64,000 nucleotides of DNA, from contig JALAGF010001205.1 in assembly GCA_030167865.1 (NCBI GenBank), positions 1 to 64,000 of the forward strand. The letters run 5' to 3'. A program made the translations under genes and the position numbers. Origin of the DNA: Craspedostauros australis (taxonomy: Eukaryota). The notes under the pieces were generated by a model. That model saw nothing but the letters and a program-made list of their open reading frames with translations. It had not been told where the DNA came from and made no database searches. Positions 10,559 to 23,827 of the stretch are shown one piece after another. How positions within the stretch are numbered: position 1 is the first letter of the stretch; the number at the start of each line of letters is the position of its first letter.

Positions 10559-13397
10559 ATGAACACTGCAAGCAATGAGAATAGCCCAGACCATGCAGCA
10601 CCAACAGTGGCAACAGCAACAACAACAACAACAGATGTCGACGCCAGTCTCGAACCCTTCATGGCCAAGGTTCAACAAATGACACATAAGAAATCAGCCG
10701 AGGATCAAGACGAAATGAATATGGGTACGTCCATGTCAAACAAGTTGGATCGTGCACTCCCGTCGTTCCGGGCGAGCTTCTGGAGGGCAAGATAGGGACA
10801 TGGAGTGCTTCTGAGAAGTGTGGGTTGGCTCTGCGGCTTCGTTGCGCTGATTGTGGGGCAAATGAGAAATCAGAAGCGCGGGATGGTCGACCTGATGGAA
10901 GCACAAACGTATCCAAACCACCCACCAACCAATCAGCAACCAACCAACTCACAAGACAACAACCCGAACTCCGAGACAACCAACGACAACCAGTGGCCAA
11001 CTGCGTCCACAAATCCAATCACCCCACTGACCGCGGCGCCAAGTGCCAATCATCCACAACGTTGATGTCATCAACGCAATGACTATCAGGCACCGCAAAG
11101 GCAGCACGATACGATGCTGGGCACCAGTCCTCGCGACTCCAATTCCAGCGATGGGCGGCACGTACTACGAAGACATGGTGCGGATTGAGTCAGTGTCGCC
11201 GACGACGATGGGAAAACGCTCGCGATCCATCGCCTCAGTGTTCTGCAAGACCTCACAGCTTTTGCAAGCACAATCCGATGAAGCAGAATGGAAGAGATTC
11301 TTGAGACGGTTGCAAAATGAAGTTGCTGACAATGATGTGCAGGCGCAGTACACGCTTGCCACCTTCTGTGCGATTCTGCACTACAAGGACTGCATCCCTG
11401 CCTTGTTCGAGGATGACGGCAATTGCGACAATGCTGCGAATCAACCATCAGCAACCGTACGAGACGACAATCAGTTGCTCCAAGAAGGATGGACGTATCT
11501 GCAAGACATCATCACGTGGAAGCAATGCTTGCAACTTTTTGATCTGCTGCTGCGGAGACTCGACATCATCGCCATCACGAATCCGTTGGAACACTTTGCA
11601 AAAGTCGATATGTTTGCACAGGATGATGATGCAGCGCTCGAGGACAAGCTTGGCTTGTGTTTCAAACGCAAGTGGATCGAGGATGCCCGTGAAGCAGGTG
11701 TGGCCTCGATCCACCATCACGGTGACAATCTCAGCAGCAGAGGTGATTGCAGCAAGGAGAAAGACAGGAAAGGGCATGGAGATGAGACGAGCATGAACAT
11801 GAACATGAACATGCTGCGTACTTCTCAGCACTTGTTGGACAGCGCCGGTCGGCAACCGCAATGGATCGTAGGCGTGATAGTCGACGGGACCATTGGTACG
11901 AGTGCAAGTCAGCAAGAAGCGCAAACTGGATCACCAACCAAATCCGCAGGTGAGAGAACAGCGGCGGGACAGGACGAAAGCCTGGACCGATCGTGCTTCC
12001 CATCCTGCGTCGTTGACATTCGAGCAAGCGCAGATGGCGACGGTGCCTTCGAATGTGCACTCACAGCAAATTTCGATCTGATGGACAATGATCCCATCGA
12101 CATCGAGAGAAGAGCATCGGATTCCATCTTGGTCAAGAGCCAGTGCGATTGTATTAGATGCCGGTTCGCGCAACATGATCAATTGACTGAGGCGTTGTGC
12201 GCTGAGAAGGACAGTGAACACGGCGATGGCAGAAATGGCAAGAATCTGCGAACGCTCCAACGTGTGGCCAATCAGTTCTTCGTTAATGGTGACTTCAAGA
12301 GAGCGGCGTCACTGTACAGGCATGTTCACGATACCTATCAGTCGTTGGTGGACGAGGGTGACGAAAATACAACCCACACGACGCAGCAAAATACCTTCTA
12401 CATGCACCAGATGGCGGATGCGTGGCATGCAATCGGGGCGCTGAAGCTCGCGCAGTTGAAGTTCGTGTCTGCTCAGAAGCATTGGAGAGATGGCGCAAAG
12501 TATGCACCGTATTGCGACGGTCTTGCGACGCAGATCGTCAAACTCAAGGCATATCAGTATCTGGCGTCCACGTCGCGAACAATCAAGGCGGCGGCGAGTA
12601 CTTCACCCAGCGACACGGAGGCTAACCACGAGATTGGTGCTGAACAGCAAAACGGCTTCACACATCAAGAGAACAGCTCCGCACCACGCCCTCAACAGCA
12701 GCAAACGCTTCTACCATTCGAATCTTTCGGACTCCTCCACGTCACCCACAATGTTGTTGACCCAACCACGTGCAAGCAGCTGATCCAACATGCCGTCGAC
12801 CACGCCGCATCCCAAGCGACGGGCTGGACGACGAGCCGGCACTATGCCGTACCAACCATCGATGTCCCGGTCCACGAAGTACCACGGCTAGCGGCGTGGT
12901 TCCAAACCTGGATGAGAACAACGATGGAACCCTTGCTGCATCGCCAATTCGGGACGCACGGCGATGATCAGCGATACTACGTGCACGATGCCTTCCTCGC
13001 CAAGTACGAACGCACGGCCACGAGCGCCAAGTCGACCTTCCTGCCGTTGCATTTCGATGAATCGACGCACAGCTTCGTGCTGGCATTGAACGATGAATAC
13101 GAATGTGGCGGCACGTACGTGCACGACTACAATCGCGTCGTGCGACCGCAGACCGGCGGGGTCGTCTCATTTCGTGGCAACAAGCTGCTGCATGGTGGAT
13201 GTCCCGTGACGCGGGGCACGCGGTACATTCTGGCCGTGTTTCTGTACTTGGACGAGCGATATTGTGATGAAGATGATGCCGTTGATGGCGGCTACAGTGA
13301 GAAGCACGCGGAACGCAAGCGCAGCGTGACCGAGATGCTGCAGTCCTCTCGTGATCAGCAACAGGAATCTGGTGGGTTTTCATTTGGATTCTTTTGA
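10559..13397 (+). CDS. Multidomain protein: degenerate SET/post-SET-like region, TPR helices, C-terminal 2OG-Fe(II) oxygenase (PLOD/prolyl-hydroxylase-like)
   Basis: Likely exon 1 10559-10724 (GTACGT donor at 10725) and exon 2 11044-13397 (branch-like CTGAC, AAG acceptor; phase fits). Oxygenase motifs TSRHYAVPT.D, LPLHFDES (HxD), EYECGGT, LLHGGCPVTRGTRYIL. SET-like LDRSCFPSC and post-SET-like CDCIRC. Confidence 0.75.
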
Positions 13398-13897
13398 ACA
13401 AGGAGCATGACGAAGGGATGGAAGTGTGCCAAAAGACAAGGAACATGGTTCGTTTGGATCTGAAACTAATAATAGGCTATTCGATTCTACTTGTATTCCA
13501 CAGCTACAAGCAGAGGGTGTTCGTTCTGTGCTGCGATAATTGGTGGCGACACAAGCATCTGGCTCCTTTCACAAAGCAAGTCGGAGGCACGGGCGCGATC
13601 GATTCTGCGCTGTGCTGTGTTCTGACGCATCAGCAGTATGCTGTCGTTGGCGAAGCCATCGCGACGAGTCGTCTCTCGTTCGTTCGTTCGTTCGAGAGAC
13701 GAATAGGCATCGTCATTTTTGTCGGCTACTTGATTGACTTTCTCCGAATCGCTTGCGCCATCCACGGGACGAAAACTGGACGATCGAATTCTCCGCTACA
13801 TGGTAGTTGTACTTGTCATGGTGCTATGTTCTGTTGTGTTGCGTTGATTTTGATGCAGTGGTTGGGGCTTTTGTTTGGCTGGCCGACATTTGGAATT

Positions 13898-15835
13898 CTA
13901 CGACTGCTGGCACTGCACTCCCTGTGGTCCGCCCTCGTCGTCGCTGTCGTACTCCGCGGTCGTCTGGCTGGCCCCTCCCTTTCCGAAATGTCTCAAATCG
14001 GCAGGCTCCATGAAGAATTCTTCGACCTCTTCGGGATTGTAATCCTCCTCGATGTCGGCATCTGGGAGAAGGTCGCGGAGCTTCTTCGCGATCTCCGGGT
14101 CGAGGGACTTTGGAAATTTGACGTGGAAGGCGATGTAGAGGTTTCCTCGGATGAAGGGGTTGCCTCTGCTTGGCATACCCTCGTTGGGGATCATCATCAT
14201 GTACGGCATGGTGCGACCGGTGTCCTCGTCCTGGGTCTCGGCCTCGATGACCTGTCCAGGGCGTGTTTTGATGACGACGTCGCGGTCGTCCAGATGCTTG
14301 ATCTTCCACGTGAATCCGGTGAGTGCCTGGTTGACGCTGATTTCCTTGACGACGAGCAAGTCGGCTCCCTTGCGCTTGAAGAGGGGGTGGTCCTTCTCCT
14401 GCACGATGAAGTGCACGTCTCCGGTTTCTCTGTTTGGTGTTTCGTCTGCCATGCCACGGAAGGTGACCTTCTCGTTGTGCTTCATTCCCTTCTCGATGTG
14501 GACTTCGATGACCTTGCGCTCGTTCTTGGTGCTGGCGCTGGTTCCCTGACCGCCGCACTTGCTGCATGCTCGCTGGACCTGCGTGATCATGCCCGGTCCC
14601 AGCTGTCGGACCTCGAGCACGACACCCTGTCCGCGGCAGGTTTCGCATGTCTTGACTTCGCCGACGATGACCTTGCGGTTGATGGCGAGCTTGACGGTCT
14701 TGCCCTTGTAAAGATCCTCGAGCGAGACCTTGATGGGGTGCTGGATGCTGGGTCCCTTGCGCGGTCCCGCCGAACGACGACCTCCGCCGCCTCCGAAGAA
14801 CATGGAGAAAAGATCCTCGCCGCCAGCCGCAGATGGACCATCCTCGCTGACGCCCTCCAAACCGTACTTGTCGTATGCTTTTCGCTTATCAGGGTCGCTT
14901 AGAATTTCGTACGCCGCACTGATCTCCTTGAATTTGTGCTCGTCTCCTCCCTTATCGGGGTGGTGCGTCTGCATTAGCAAGTTGCGAGTTGCATTTGTGT
15001 TTGCGTGTGTTGCGCATCATTCGGCAGGAGTTTGATCGCATGTTGGAATTGCAATTCGAGTAGAGTAGAATCGTCGGTACGGATCCATCCATCGATCATT
15101 GCGTGCGATCATTGCGTGCGATCATCCCGTGCGATGATTCGATCGAGAAAGCGATGAAACGATTGCAATGGCAACGCATTGGATTGGATTTAATTCAATA
15201 GAAAGTGGATTTGATTGTGTGAGTGAGTGGAAATGCGTGCGTACATGTATGCGCTTCGGCAAGCAAGTCGGAAAATGGAGAAGGATCTGGACATCTTGCC
15301 CAAACTGAAGCAAGTCAGTCGCAAACACGCAAGAAAGAGGCAGACACGCCATCTTGGACGCAGACCATCCGCGCACTCCAGTCCGCTTTCATCTCCCCAG
15401 TGCTGCTGTGCATCATGGTCGCAAGACCAAAGACGGCGGCATCGACAGCGCAGCCGGAATACTCGCATGCCGCCAGCCGTGCTTCGCCATTGGCACATGG
15501 ACGACCGGAATTGCTGGAGACATTGTGGTCCGAACCGGTTTGGTGATTGCTTCTGTGATCCTGTGATGGATAGCAGCAGCACACGGCAGAGCATGGAAAG
15601 GCGCGAAAGGGCAGATGCAACGACGCAGGGCATGGCACTCCTGCGTTGGCAAAGTGAAACCTACCCTGGAGAGCTTGAAGTAAGCCTTCTTGATTTCCTT
15701 CTGGGTGGCCTCCTTGCTGATCTCGAGCGTATCGTAGAGCTTCTCCGTATCCACTGGAGCGCCGCCTCTTCTTCCGCCTCCGGGCATGCCTCCTGGCATG
15801 CCTCCCATGTGCTCAAATGGTATTCCGCCGAACAT
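13898..15835 (-). CDS. DnaJ: DnaJ/Hsp40 co-chaperone (type I/YDJ1-like) with C-terminal CaaX
   Basis: Exon 1 15835-15665; intron 15664-14969 (GTAGG...CAG, 696 nt); exon 2 14968-13898. J domain with HPD, G/F region, two CxxCxGxG repeats, GEGMP-like NEGMP, ends CQQS. Confidence 0.95.
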
Positions 15836-17054
15836 CTTGTGAATTCAATTTGTGGGTGTGTGTGGGTGTGGGTGTAATTAAGGGTATGTTGTCGAGGCCG
15901 CTTTCGCTGTTGCTTCGCTTGTTGCAAGAAGATGGGAATGGCAATGCCAGATGAACTTTGCTCTGAATGACTTTCGCCGATTCGATGCTTCTGTTGTTGT
16001 TGTAGTTGATGATGGTAGTGGGGGTGGGGGTGGTGATAGAGTTGGCCAAACCTTGTGTAGCAGTTGTGACAGTTGTGACAGTTGTGAGAGTTGCTTCCAA
16101 CTGAGGATTGTGGTCTTGGTTTTTGCCGGAACAGTCCACGCTGGGAATGCTTGTGGTTGTTGGTCCTCTGTGTTTTTGTCGGCAGCAGGTCACTGAGACT
16201 CTGGACGATGGGCTCACAAAGACTGCGTGTATCCCACGTCAATCCCGGTACTCCATCCTCGTCAATTGCCACCACGTCGTCGAAACACAAATGAGACCAC
16301 ACACGGTTGGCTCTGCGTGGTGGGCGTGGAGAACGACGACCACCAGCGAAGACCGAAGCGGTCGATTTGCTTCCATCATTTTCGTCTTGTGTCTTTGCGT
16401 GTTTCGGGAAGAGGAAAAACTTCGTCGAAGGACGGATGGATGGACAGACGCGCAGTCGCTGCCACGACCACGATTCGCGGACGTAGTAACAACACCGAAC
16501 CCAACTTCTTTCGTTTGTTTTCGACGGTGTTCGGCGAACTCTTCAGATCCAAGAGCTCTGCATTGCGCCTATTTCTGTACAACAATGAACAGAATGACCC
16601 GTTCGATCCGAGAGCCTTCCGCCTCGAATTTTCTGTCTTCAGCCATGAAGATCGCCACAATGTTGAAAGAATTCAAATTTGAACGCCTGGTGAGTTTTCA
16701 AAATAACACGAGTCAACCAGCCAACAAAACAACCAACCAACCAACAATCCATTCTCGCGAAACATCAAGGACAGAACAGGAGGAGGAGTAGAGGGAGCAT
16801 CAAGAAAGGGAGGGAGGCGACGACGACGACGACAACGCCAACATGGATGGATGGAGAAAGGTGGAAAGGAAATAATGGCAAAGAATGTGAGTTGACTGGG
16901 GGCGTAGAACAATGAGCGTAGAACAAGGAGCGTAGAACAAGGAGCTGATGGATCATCAAAGGAGGCGCAGCATTTCACAGCATTGACGGCATCCCACAGC
17001 ACGATATTCTTGTGCACTCATTCTATCATAGGTTGAGAAGAAGCCCACATCAAG

Positions 17055-20000
17055 ATGGATTCTCCACCAACGCCAGAGGGATTGCGCCCCCGAAAGACAT
17101 GGTCCCAGCTTCACGATGAGATGCCAGCGTCGTTGCGACGCAGACTGGAAGATGAGCTTCCAAATCTGTCGGATGTATCGGATCAGGCTGGAACTGCTGC
17201 GACGCAACGTGCAGCAAATCTTGATCGGCAGCCCGCTCTGCCTCAACGACAGCAGAGTCATCCCACGAATGATGACCACCGCAACGCGATGGATCTGGCG
17301 ATGCGCATGAATGTGCACATGGATCTCAACGTCAACAGAACTAACGATGGCGGCAGGAACCATCGCAGATCCATTCTGGATCACTCCGATGCCATGACTT
17401 CGCCGCAAATCTCCACGGCGTCCTTTCGCACCGAACGGACGAATGAGTATTCTGCACCCAGATTTGAGGATCACAAAGATGACCTCCACATGTACGGGCA
17501 AATGTATCAGCAACGCATCAATAACAACAACGACATCAACACCAACGATGAAAACAATGTTGTTCATCAGCAGTACACTGCCAACGATGGCAAGAATGAT
17601 GGCAATGTTGATCATACAAAATACGACGATGATGATCACTACTATGCAAGCTACTACGATGACAACTACGAAGCCGATTACGACAACCAAAGCAACTTTG
17701 AAAGCGAAGAGATGGCGCATTCTCCCACCCTGAAGGTGGGCCATGCCAGGACTGCCGTCGGTGAGCTCCTAGCGATGGTGGCGCAAAGTAAGATGTCAGC
17801 CGTGCAACCGTACCCTCCAGCTCTTGCGAATGAACAACCACAACCAACAACACAACACCAGTACGATTTGAACGAGAGCATGGCAGTGCTGCCATCGCAT
17901 CAGCTCCCATCAGAAGACATCCAGCAGGTCGACTACGGCACGGGGAAAGTCAGCGACGTTGCGATTCCGTATCAGCCACTGTACGATTCCATGATTGCCG
18001 ATCCTGCCACTCCCAGCCGCAAGCGGAAGGATATCATGGAGGACTCCTCGACTTCCTCCAGGTCGTCATCGGGGCAAAGTTCCCTTCATGCATCGCCTTC
18101 ATCCTTCCGACGCGGATGCATGGAACCAAATCGTCAGCAGCAGCATCAGCAGCAGCAGCAACAGTACAATTATCAACACCAACAGCAGCAGCAACAGCAG
18201 CAACAACAGCAGCAACAACAACAAATGCAATATCAGCAACGTTTGGGCCTTCCATCCACCACCACCACCAACAACAACAACAAAAACAACAACCTTGCAG
18301 AAGTGCATCAATTCCAAGTGTCCAATATGCTCATGCAGCAGGTTCCCCTCTTCGCCGCACCCAACATGCCAGCCCCACCAGCATACAACTTCGACTCCAT
18401 CCTGAACAGAGAAATTGTTCCCCACCCTCAGGATGATAGCAGCATCAGCGGCATCAGCCAATCCACAAGAGACTTTGACAGCTCGATCAATGGGCAAGAC
18501 ACCATCACTCCCCAAGCACATGCCACTCGTTCCCGCCTCAACCAGCAACACGATGATCGTGCGAACAGAGGAAGGGATATGACAATGACGCAGGAGACTG
18601 CTGGCGGCATGGACAGCGCCTTGCAACGCCGCAAGGGTGACAACCAGAGAAGGTACAGGGAACAGATCCTGCTCTCCACCATGGCCAAGCTGCGGGACAA
18701 TGCGGATCTTGTGAAAGCCATCATCGATGAAATGACCATCTCGGGTGTCAAAGAACTCCAACTGCCCGCCGATGATTCCAGCTTCTTTGCTGGCGTTTCC
18801 GCGCGCAACAGGTCAACTCTGTCCAAGCTCATCACCGCTGCCCAAATGTCGGTCGGTGACTCCTACCAACCAGACGCTGACCATTCGTTGATCAATGCTC
18901 TCAACTTCTGCGTGGACCTCCTTCGAACGACTCCGGAATCGTCTCCCTCCCATGATGCGGACAAACTGTAAGTGGCCAAACTCTGTCCTTTGGTGACATG
19001 TGCTTTCTTCGTTTGTGTTTGCGCTTCCCTTGTGCCTATTGTATCCCTCTATTCCACCGCACTTCATCAACACCAACACCAAGTTCAAACGTCAACTCAC
19101 TCGATGCCTGTTCTTGCTTCCAACCTCACAGTCAGAAATGGTGCTGCATCCCAGGTTTCCTATCCTGCATCGGACTGCAGGAGCTGCCCAACAGCCCTGA
19201 TCCAACCCGGCGCGGTGGAGGGACTTCGTTGTTTTCTCTGCCGTCGGAGTCGATGAACACGACGCCCCACACATCCAACGTGTCACTCGCGACCACAATC
19301 ACATCGTCGCCCAGCCCAACGAAGCATCAGCAGTTCAAAAACGGGGTTCCGCGGGACGGCATTCACCTGCGTCGGACGCTGGAGGCCGTGACGCAGATCG
19401 TCATCAAGATGAACCACGCATGTCTGCGTCTGCAAAATCAGGCCAAGATGAACACGATCCAAGCCACGCAGGATATTATGGGCAGGTACCTGCAGCTCAT
19501 GAAGATCAATTCGGATGACCTCATGGCACTTGGCGATGCATTCGAGTTGACCACGATGACGCCACAAATCCACAGAATGGTCTCAAGTGACAACGGCGAC
19601 GATCAGCTCCACACGCAGCAACCAGCTCCGATCCAATCACCGAATCTGTCTGGCACGTCACGACCAAAGCAAGTCTCGCCCACGGATAGCCTCGAAAGCC
19701 AGCAGGAGGACAGCGGCAGCGAGGACGACGACGATGAAGACGGTCCTCTATTCATGGAAACTGGTGCGTTTGGCGTCCACGAGCCACGCATGTCATCTCG
19801 GATGAGTCGCATCGACGAACGGAGCGACGCAGACGTCCAATCTGAGAGCCGCTCGCACCCCACGTCTCGCACGAAGTCTTCGTGGTCATCGATGGGCAAG
19901 CGAAGGTCCGCATACGAAACGAAGCAAGAAACCACGGGAATCGATGACTTGCGTCGAACAAGCCGTAGTTTTGACTACCAACCATTGGGCCACCAAGACA

Positions 20001-20101
20001 ACCGAGATGGACCACCATCCACCAGCACCGACAAGCCGAAGCGACGGCTCAAACGGTGGCTGCGTCGCCCTGGATCCTTGCAGAGAGTTAAGACATCCTA
20101 G
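17055..20101 (+). CDS. Hypothetical low-complexity polyQ/polyN protein (~960 aa)
   Basis: Exon 1 17055-18967 (GTAAGT donor at 18968); exon 2 19132-20101 (CACAG acceptor). The phase-2 join links ORFs 17055..18971 and 18998..20101. No recognisable domain. Confidence 0.7.
18135..18240 (+). repeat. CAG/CAA trinucleotide tract encoding polyglutamine
   Basis: cagcagcagcatcagcagcagcagcaacag...caacagcagcagcaacagcagcaacaacag, inside the 17055 gene. Confidence 0.9.
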
Positions 20102-20393
20102 TTTACTGGTACCAGAGAGTGTGATGACACAAATATCTCCGACTCCCGAGCAGTTCAGAAAGTTTGGACTTTGATCTCCAGCTCTGGCTAAAACAGACTG
20201 TGGTATCGCACTGATAGCATTGACGCAAGGAGATTTTCACCACCACCAAGTTTTGTGTCGCGTTTCTGTATCTTCGCGCATTGACGACGGCATTGCGGCT
20301 TGTATCGGCCGAATGTCTTCCACCATCCAATACTCCTCCTTCCCTGGGTACGTACATGGAATGTACATGGTATATGCCGGCGTGGATGTGCGC

Positions 20394-20663
20394 TTAACCA
20401 CCACTGATGGGTGGAATGAGAGCGACGGTATCACCATCCTTCAACGGCAGCACCTGTCCGCTTGGCACATACTCCTCGTTGAGCGCCAGAGTGATGTTCT
20501 CCTCGTCCAGCACCAACGCCGACAGCTTGGGGTACCGCTCCGCCAAGGCCTTTCGCAGGGCATTCGTGTTGGCCTCGTCCTGCTTCAGCTCCATCGTCGT
20601 CGATGATGTATCGTCGGCTGCCTCCCGCGCCGACGCGAAGAACAGCACCTTGACTTGCGCCAT
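20394..20663 (-). CDS. MOCS2A: Molybdopterin synthase sulfur-carrier subunit (MoaD/MOCS2A)
   Basis: 89 aa; N-terminal VKVLFFASARE and C-terminal LKDGDTVALIPPISGG with di-glycine. Confidence 0.95.
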   Translation of the reverse strand: MAQVKVLFFASAREAADDTSSTTMELKQDEANTNALRKALAERYPKLSALVLDEENITLALNEEYVPSGQVLPLKDGDTVALIPPISGG

Positions 20664-21043
20664 GGTCGATCCTCAAATTATGGCTTGTTTCATGTTTTTG
20701 GATGAAAACCAAAAGCGAAGGTATTCTGTTTGGCACTGGTTCTGTCTGTACGTCAGCCATTCTTTGAAAGCTACGGTAAGTACATACTTAATGTATTAAT
20801 TTCGTCGAACAAACTCCAAATTCTGATGGTAACTTCGTTGCGTCATCAAGGAGTTTCCAGTGCTCACACCAAGACGAAACGACGAAACCACAACCAGGAA
20901 TAGATCTCGTTGTTCCGTACTTACTAGTACTATTACACCAACCGTGCGACTACACCTACCAAACGAGTATCATCCATAGTCGTACTTGCATTGGAATACG
21001 AGCTGAACGCCAATCACTGGGGTACTCCGCTCCACTCCACTCG

Positions 21044-22252
21044 ATGTACAATACCGTTCAACGTTCTTTCATGCGCTGGTTCTCCGTCAATCATCTCGTG
21101 CTCACCATCGCGATGACGGGATGCAGCAGCAACTGCAACGACGCCTGCAACGGCATGGCGGAAGCCGCGCAACTTCAGAGCTTTGGATCCACGAGTCCTC
21201 TCTTCTCCTTCGGCTTATTGGCCGACATTCAGTACGCTCCCATCCCGGATGGCCATTCCTTTTCGGGATCCCCGAGGTTCTACCGTCACACGCTGGATGT
21301 GGCGCGCCACGCGGCCGATCATTTCGAGCGTTCCGAGATGGATCTCGTGGTGAATCTGGGGGACATCGTCGACGGCAAGTGCCAGGACATTGAAGAGTAC
21401 GGCGGCCAGCCATTGCCCGAGGGCGTCGACGCGGGCGAGGAGTGCGTGGATCACGTTATGGATGCTCTGAGTCCGTACCAACGTGGCAAGATGCTGCATT
21501 CCTACGGCAACCACTGTCTTTACAATCTGAGCCGAGAAACGTTGCAGAGCAAGCTCGGCATCCGTTTCGTGCGCGACGTGTGCGGCGATCTGGTCGGCTA
21601 CGACGACACGCACTGCGTCGACGGCGTGCGCTTCGTCCTGTTGGATTCGTACGACGTCGCGTTGATGCGGCGATGCGATCAAACGTCGGCCAAGTACCGA
21701 TCGGCAGCGGAGGTGCTGAAGGCCAACAATCCAAACTTCCACGAGAACGAGAATTCCCCGGTTGGATTGGAAGGATACGACAAGCGCTTTGTTGGATTCA
21801 ACGGTGCCGTGGGCGAGGCGCAACTCGGGTGGCTGCGTGCGACGTTGGAACGGGCACGGGAGCAAGGAGAAAAGGTTGTCCTTCTGTCGCATCAGCCGAT
21901 ACTGCCGGGATCGTCTGGTGAGGTGTGCCTGATATGGAACTACCAGGAGGTTTTGGATGTGCTGCGAGAGTTCGGTGACGTTGTTGTGGCCAGTCTGTCT
22001 GGGCACGCCCATCGCGGTGGTTACAAACGTGATGAACAGAGCGGCATTCATTTCCGAGTTGTGGAGGCGGCGCTGGAATCCTATCCTGCCATGACCTACG
22101 CCATGGTGGACATCTTCGAGGATCGCATGTCGATACGTGGATTTGGGGACTGCGAGTCCGCAGTATACGATTTTGATCATCTGCATGGAGAATTTAAATG
22201 CCAGACGAAGGAGGAAGTGGCGGCAGCTGCTGCAGAGGCACAGACCCAGTGA
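21044..22252 (+). CDS. ADPRM: Mn-dependent ADP-ribose/CDP-alcohol diphosphatase (calcineurin-like metallophosphoesterase)
   Basis: FGLLADIQYA, NLGDIVDG, YGNHCLYN, FVGFNG, LSHQP, SGHAHRGG. The true start may be a downstream ATG (e.g. 21113). Confidence 0.9.
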   Translation: MYNTVQRSFMRWFSVNHLVLTIAMTGCSSNCNDACNGMAEAAQLQSFGSTSPLFSFGLLADIQYAPIPDGHSFSGSPRFYRHTLDVARHAADHFERSEMDLVVNLGDIVDGKCQDIEEYGGQPLPEGVDAGEECVDHVMDALSPYQRGKMLHSYGNHCLYNLSRETLQSKLGIRFVRDVCGDLVGYDDTHCVDGVRFVLLDSYDVALMRRCDQTSAKYRSAAEVLKANNPNFHENENSPVGLEGYDKRFVGFNGAVGEAQLGWLRATLERAREQGEKVVLLSHQPILPGSSGEVCLIWNYQEVLDVLREFGDVVVASLSGHAHRGGYKRDEQSGIHFRVVEAALESYPAMTYAMVDIFEDRMSIRGFGDCESAVYDFDHLHGEFKCQTKEEVAAAAAEAQTQ

Positions 22253-22506
22253 TCGCAGTTGTGAATGGATTCGTGCTCGAAAAAGTTAACTCGCGTTCCT
22301 CGGATGCAACTACACCACATTTCTCTCTCTCCCTCTCTCCCTCTCTCTTGCAGCATTGTATCGTACACATTCATGCACAAGCGTGGGACTGCAATGAGTA
22401 TTCTACTCTATTTTGTTCTGCACGACATCCAGCGTCATTCGATTAGTTCGGACATAGCAGCGAGTACAGCACGGAGGAACGTCACCCTCAATCTCAGTAG
22501 AGTATA

Positions 22507-23827
22507 TTACATGAGGACGCTGTTGTCCTTCTCCAGTGACAGCTCCTTGGTGGGGCCACCGCGTGCCTTGTAGCCTTCGTAGTACCACGACAGATCCTGC
22601 TTCAAGTCGTACACGGCGCCGGCATATCCCAGCTTGGCCTTGGCCATGTCTGGGGCGACGTAAAAGTTGTTGGGACGGAACGGAAAGGCGCCCTTGCCCT
22701 TGGCGGTATCGAAATGCACAATGTTGACATTCTCGTGTGGAATTCCGGCAACATCGGCGCACAGATACACCACATCGTCGTAGGAGTACAGCTTGTCGGT
22801 GCCGCAGTTGAAGAAGCGCTGCGCAATTGCGGCGGACTCGTCCTGCAACGGCGATGCCAGGATGGTGGCCACGTCCTCGGCGTTGCTGAGCGACACGAGT
22901 TGCGTTCCGTCGCCGGGAATCGGCACGGGCAATCCGCGCACGACGCGGTCGAAGAAGTAATCGACGTAGTCGAACTTGTTGGCCTTTTCGCCGTAGATGT
23001 ACTGCGGTCGGAAGGAGACGAGGGGCAGTCCCTGTGCGACGGCGTACTCATCGAACTGGTTCTGACCGGCGCTGGCCTTGACTGGCGTTGTCTCCGGCAT
23101 GGGGAAGACGCCGGTGGGCTCGTACATGCCGGCCGACGAGACGTACGTGAACATCTTGACGTCCCATTCCTTGGCGCAGTCGCAGATGGCCTTGCCGGCA
23201 CCGACGGGGCCCTTGGAGGCGTTGTCCCAGACATAGTCAAAGCTGGATCCCCACAACATGTTCTTGAGGTCGTCCACCGTCATGGATTCGTCGCCGAGAG
23301 GGGCCTTGACGACTCGGACGGATGGCAGATCGGTGGCGTAGGATTTGAATGGCTCCTTCTCGTCGTTGCAAGCATCGTCCTGCAGGATCGTGATGGAGGT
23401 GATCTTTGGATTGGCAGAAAGCTTCTTCGCGAGCTGGTAGCCTGCAGGGATCATATGTGGAATGTGGGGTGACGGGCGGAATTCGAATGTGATGACGACG
23501 CAAAAGAGAGGTGACGAGCTGTGAGTGCTGATCTCATTGAGGTGTTCTAGGTACGGAGCGGGAGCAATGGAGTACACGCAGCCAGAAGAAGTGGAGCCGA
23601 GCAGAGCACATCCAGCAATTCAATGCAACGCAACGCGACACAACGAGGAACGTACCCAATTCTCCGTGTCCGCCACCCTTGTTCTGGACGATCAGGGCCG
23701 AACTCATGGACAGGGTGCTGCCATTGCTCGCCGCGCCGGCTGATGGACGCAGCGACGGAAGCGTACTAAATCCCTGCGCGAACGCAGCAAAGGTGATGAT
23801 AGAGGCGACGACTTGGAGCTTGACCAT
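22507..23827 (-). CDS. CSP41: Chloroplast stem-loop-binding protein CSP41 (atypical NAD-dependent epimerase/SDR), plastid presequence
   Basis: Exon 1 23827-23656; intron 23655-23442; exon 2 23441-22507. The splice restores ALIVQNKGGGHGELGYQLA. Also YVSSAGMY, FRPQYIYG, PVPIPGDG and AFPFR. Signal peptide followed by AQG-F. Confidence 0.9.

Noticed and set aside
13394-14902. 502-aa plus-strand ORF
   Set aside because: Antisense shadow of the codon-biased DnaJ gene.
15836-17054. Heat-shock elements upstream of DnaJ
   Set aside because: Only a two-unit GAAttTTC near 16626; no three-unit nGAAn array seen.
20103-20663. Bicistronic MOCS2A/MOCS2B as in animals
   Set aside because: No MoaE-like ORF overlaps or follows MOCS2A.
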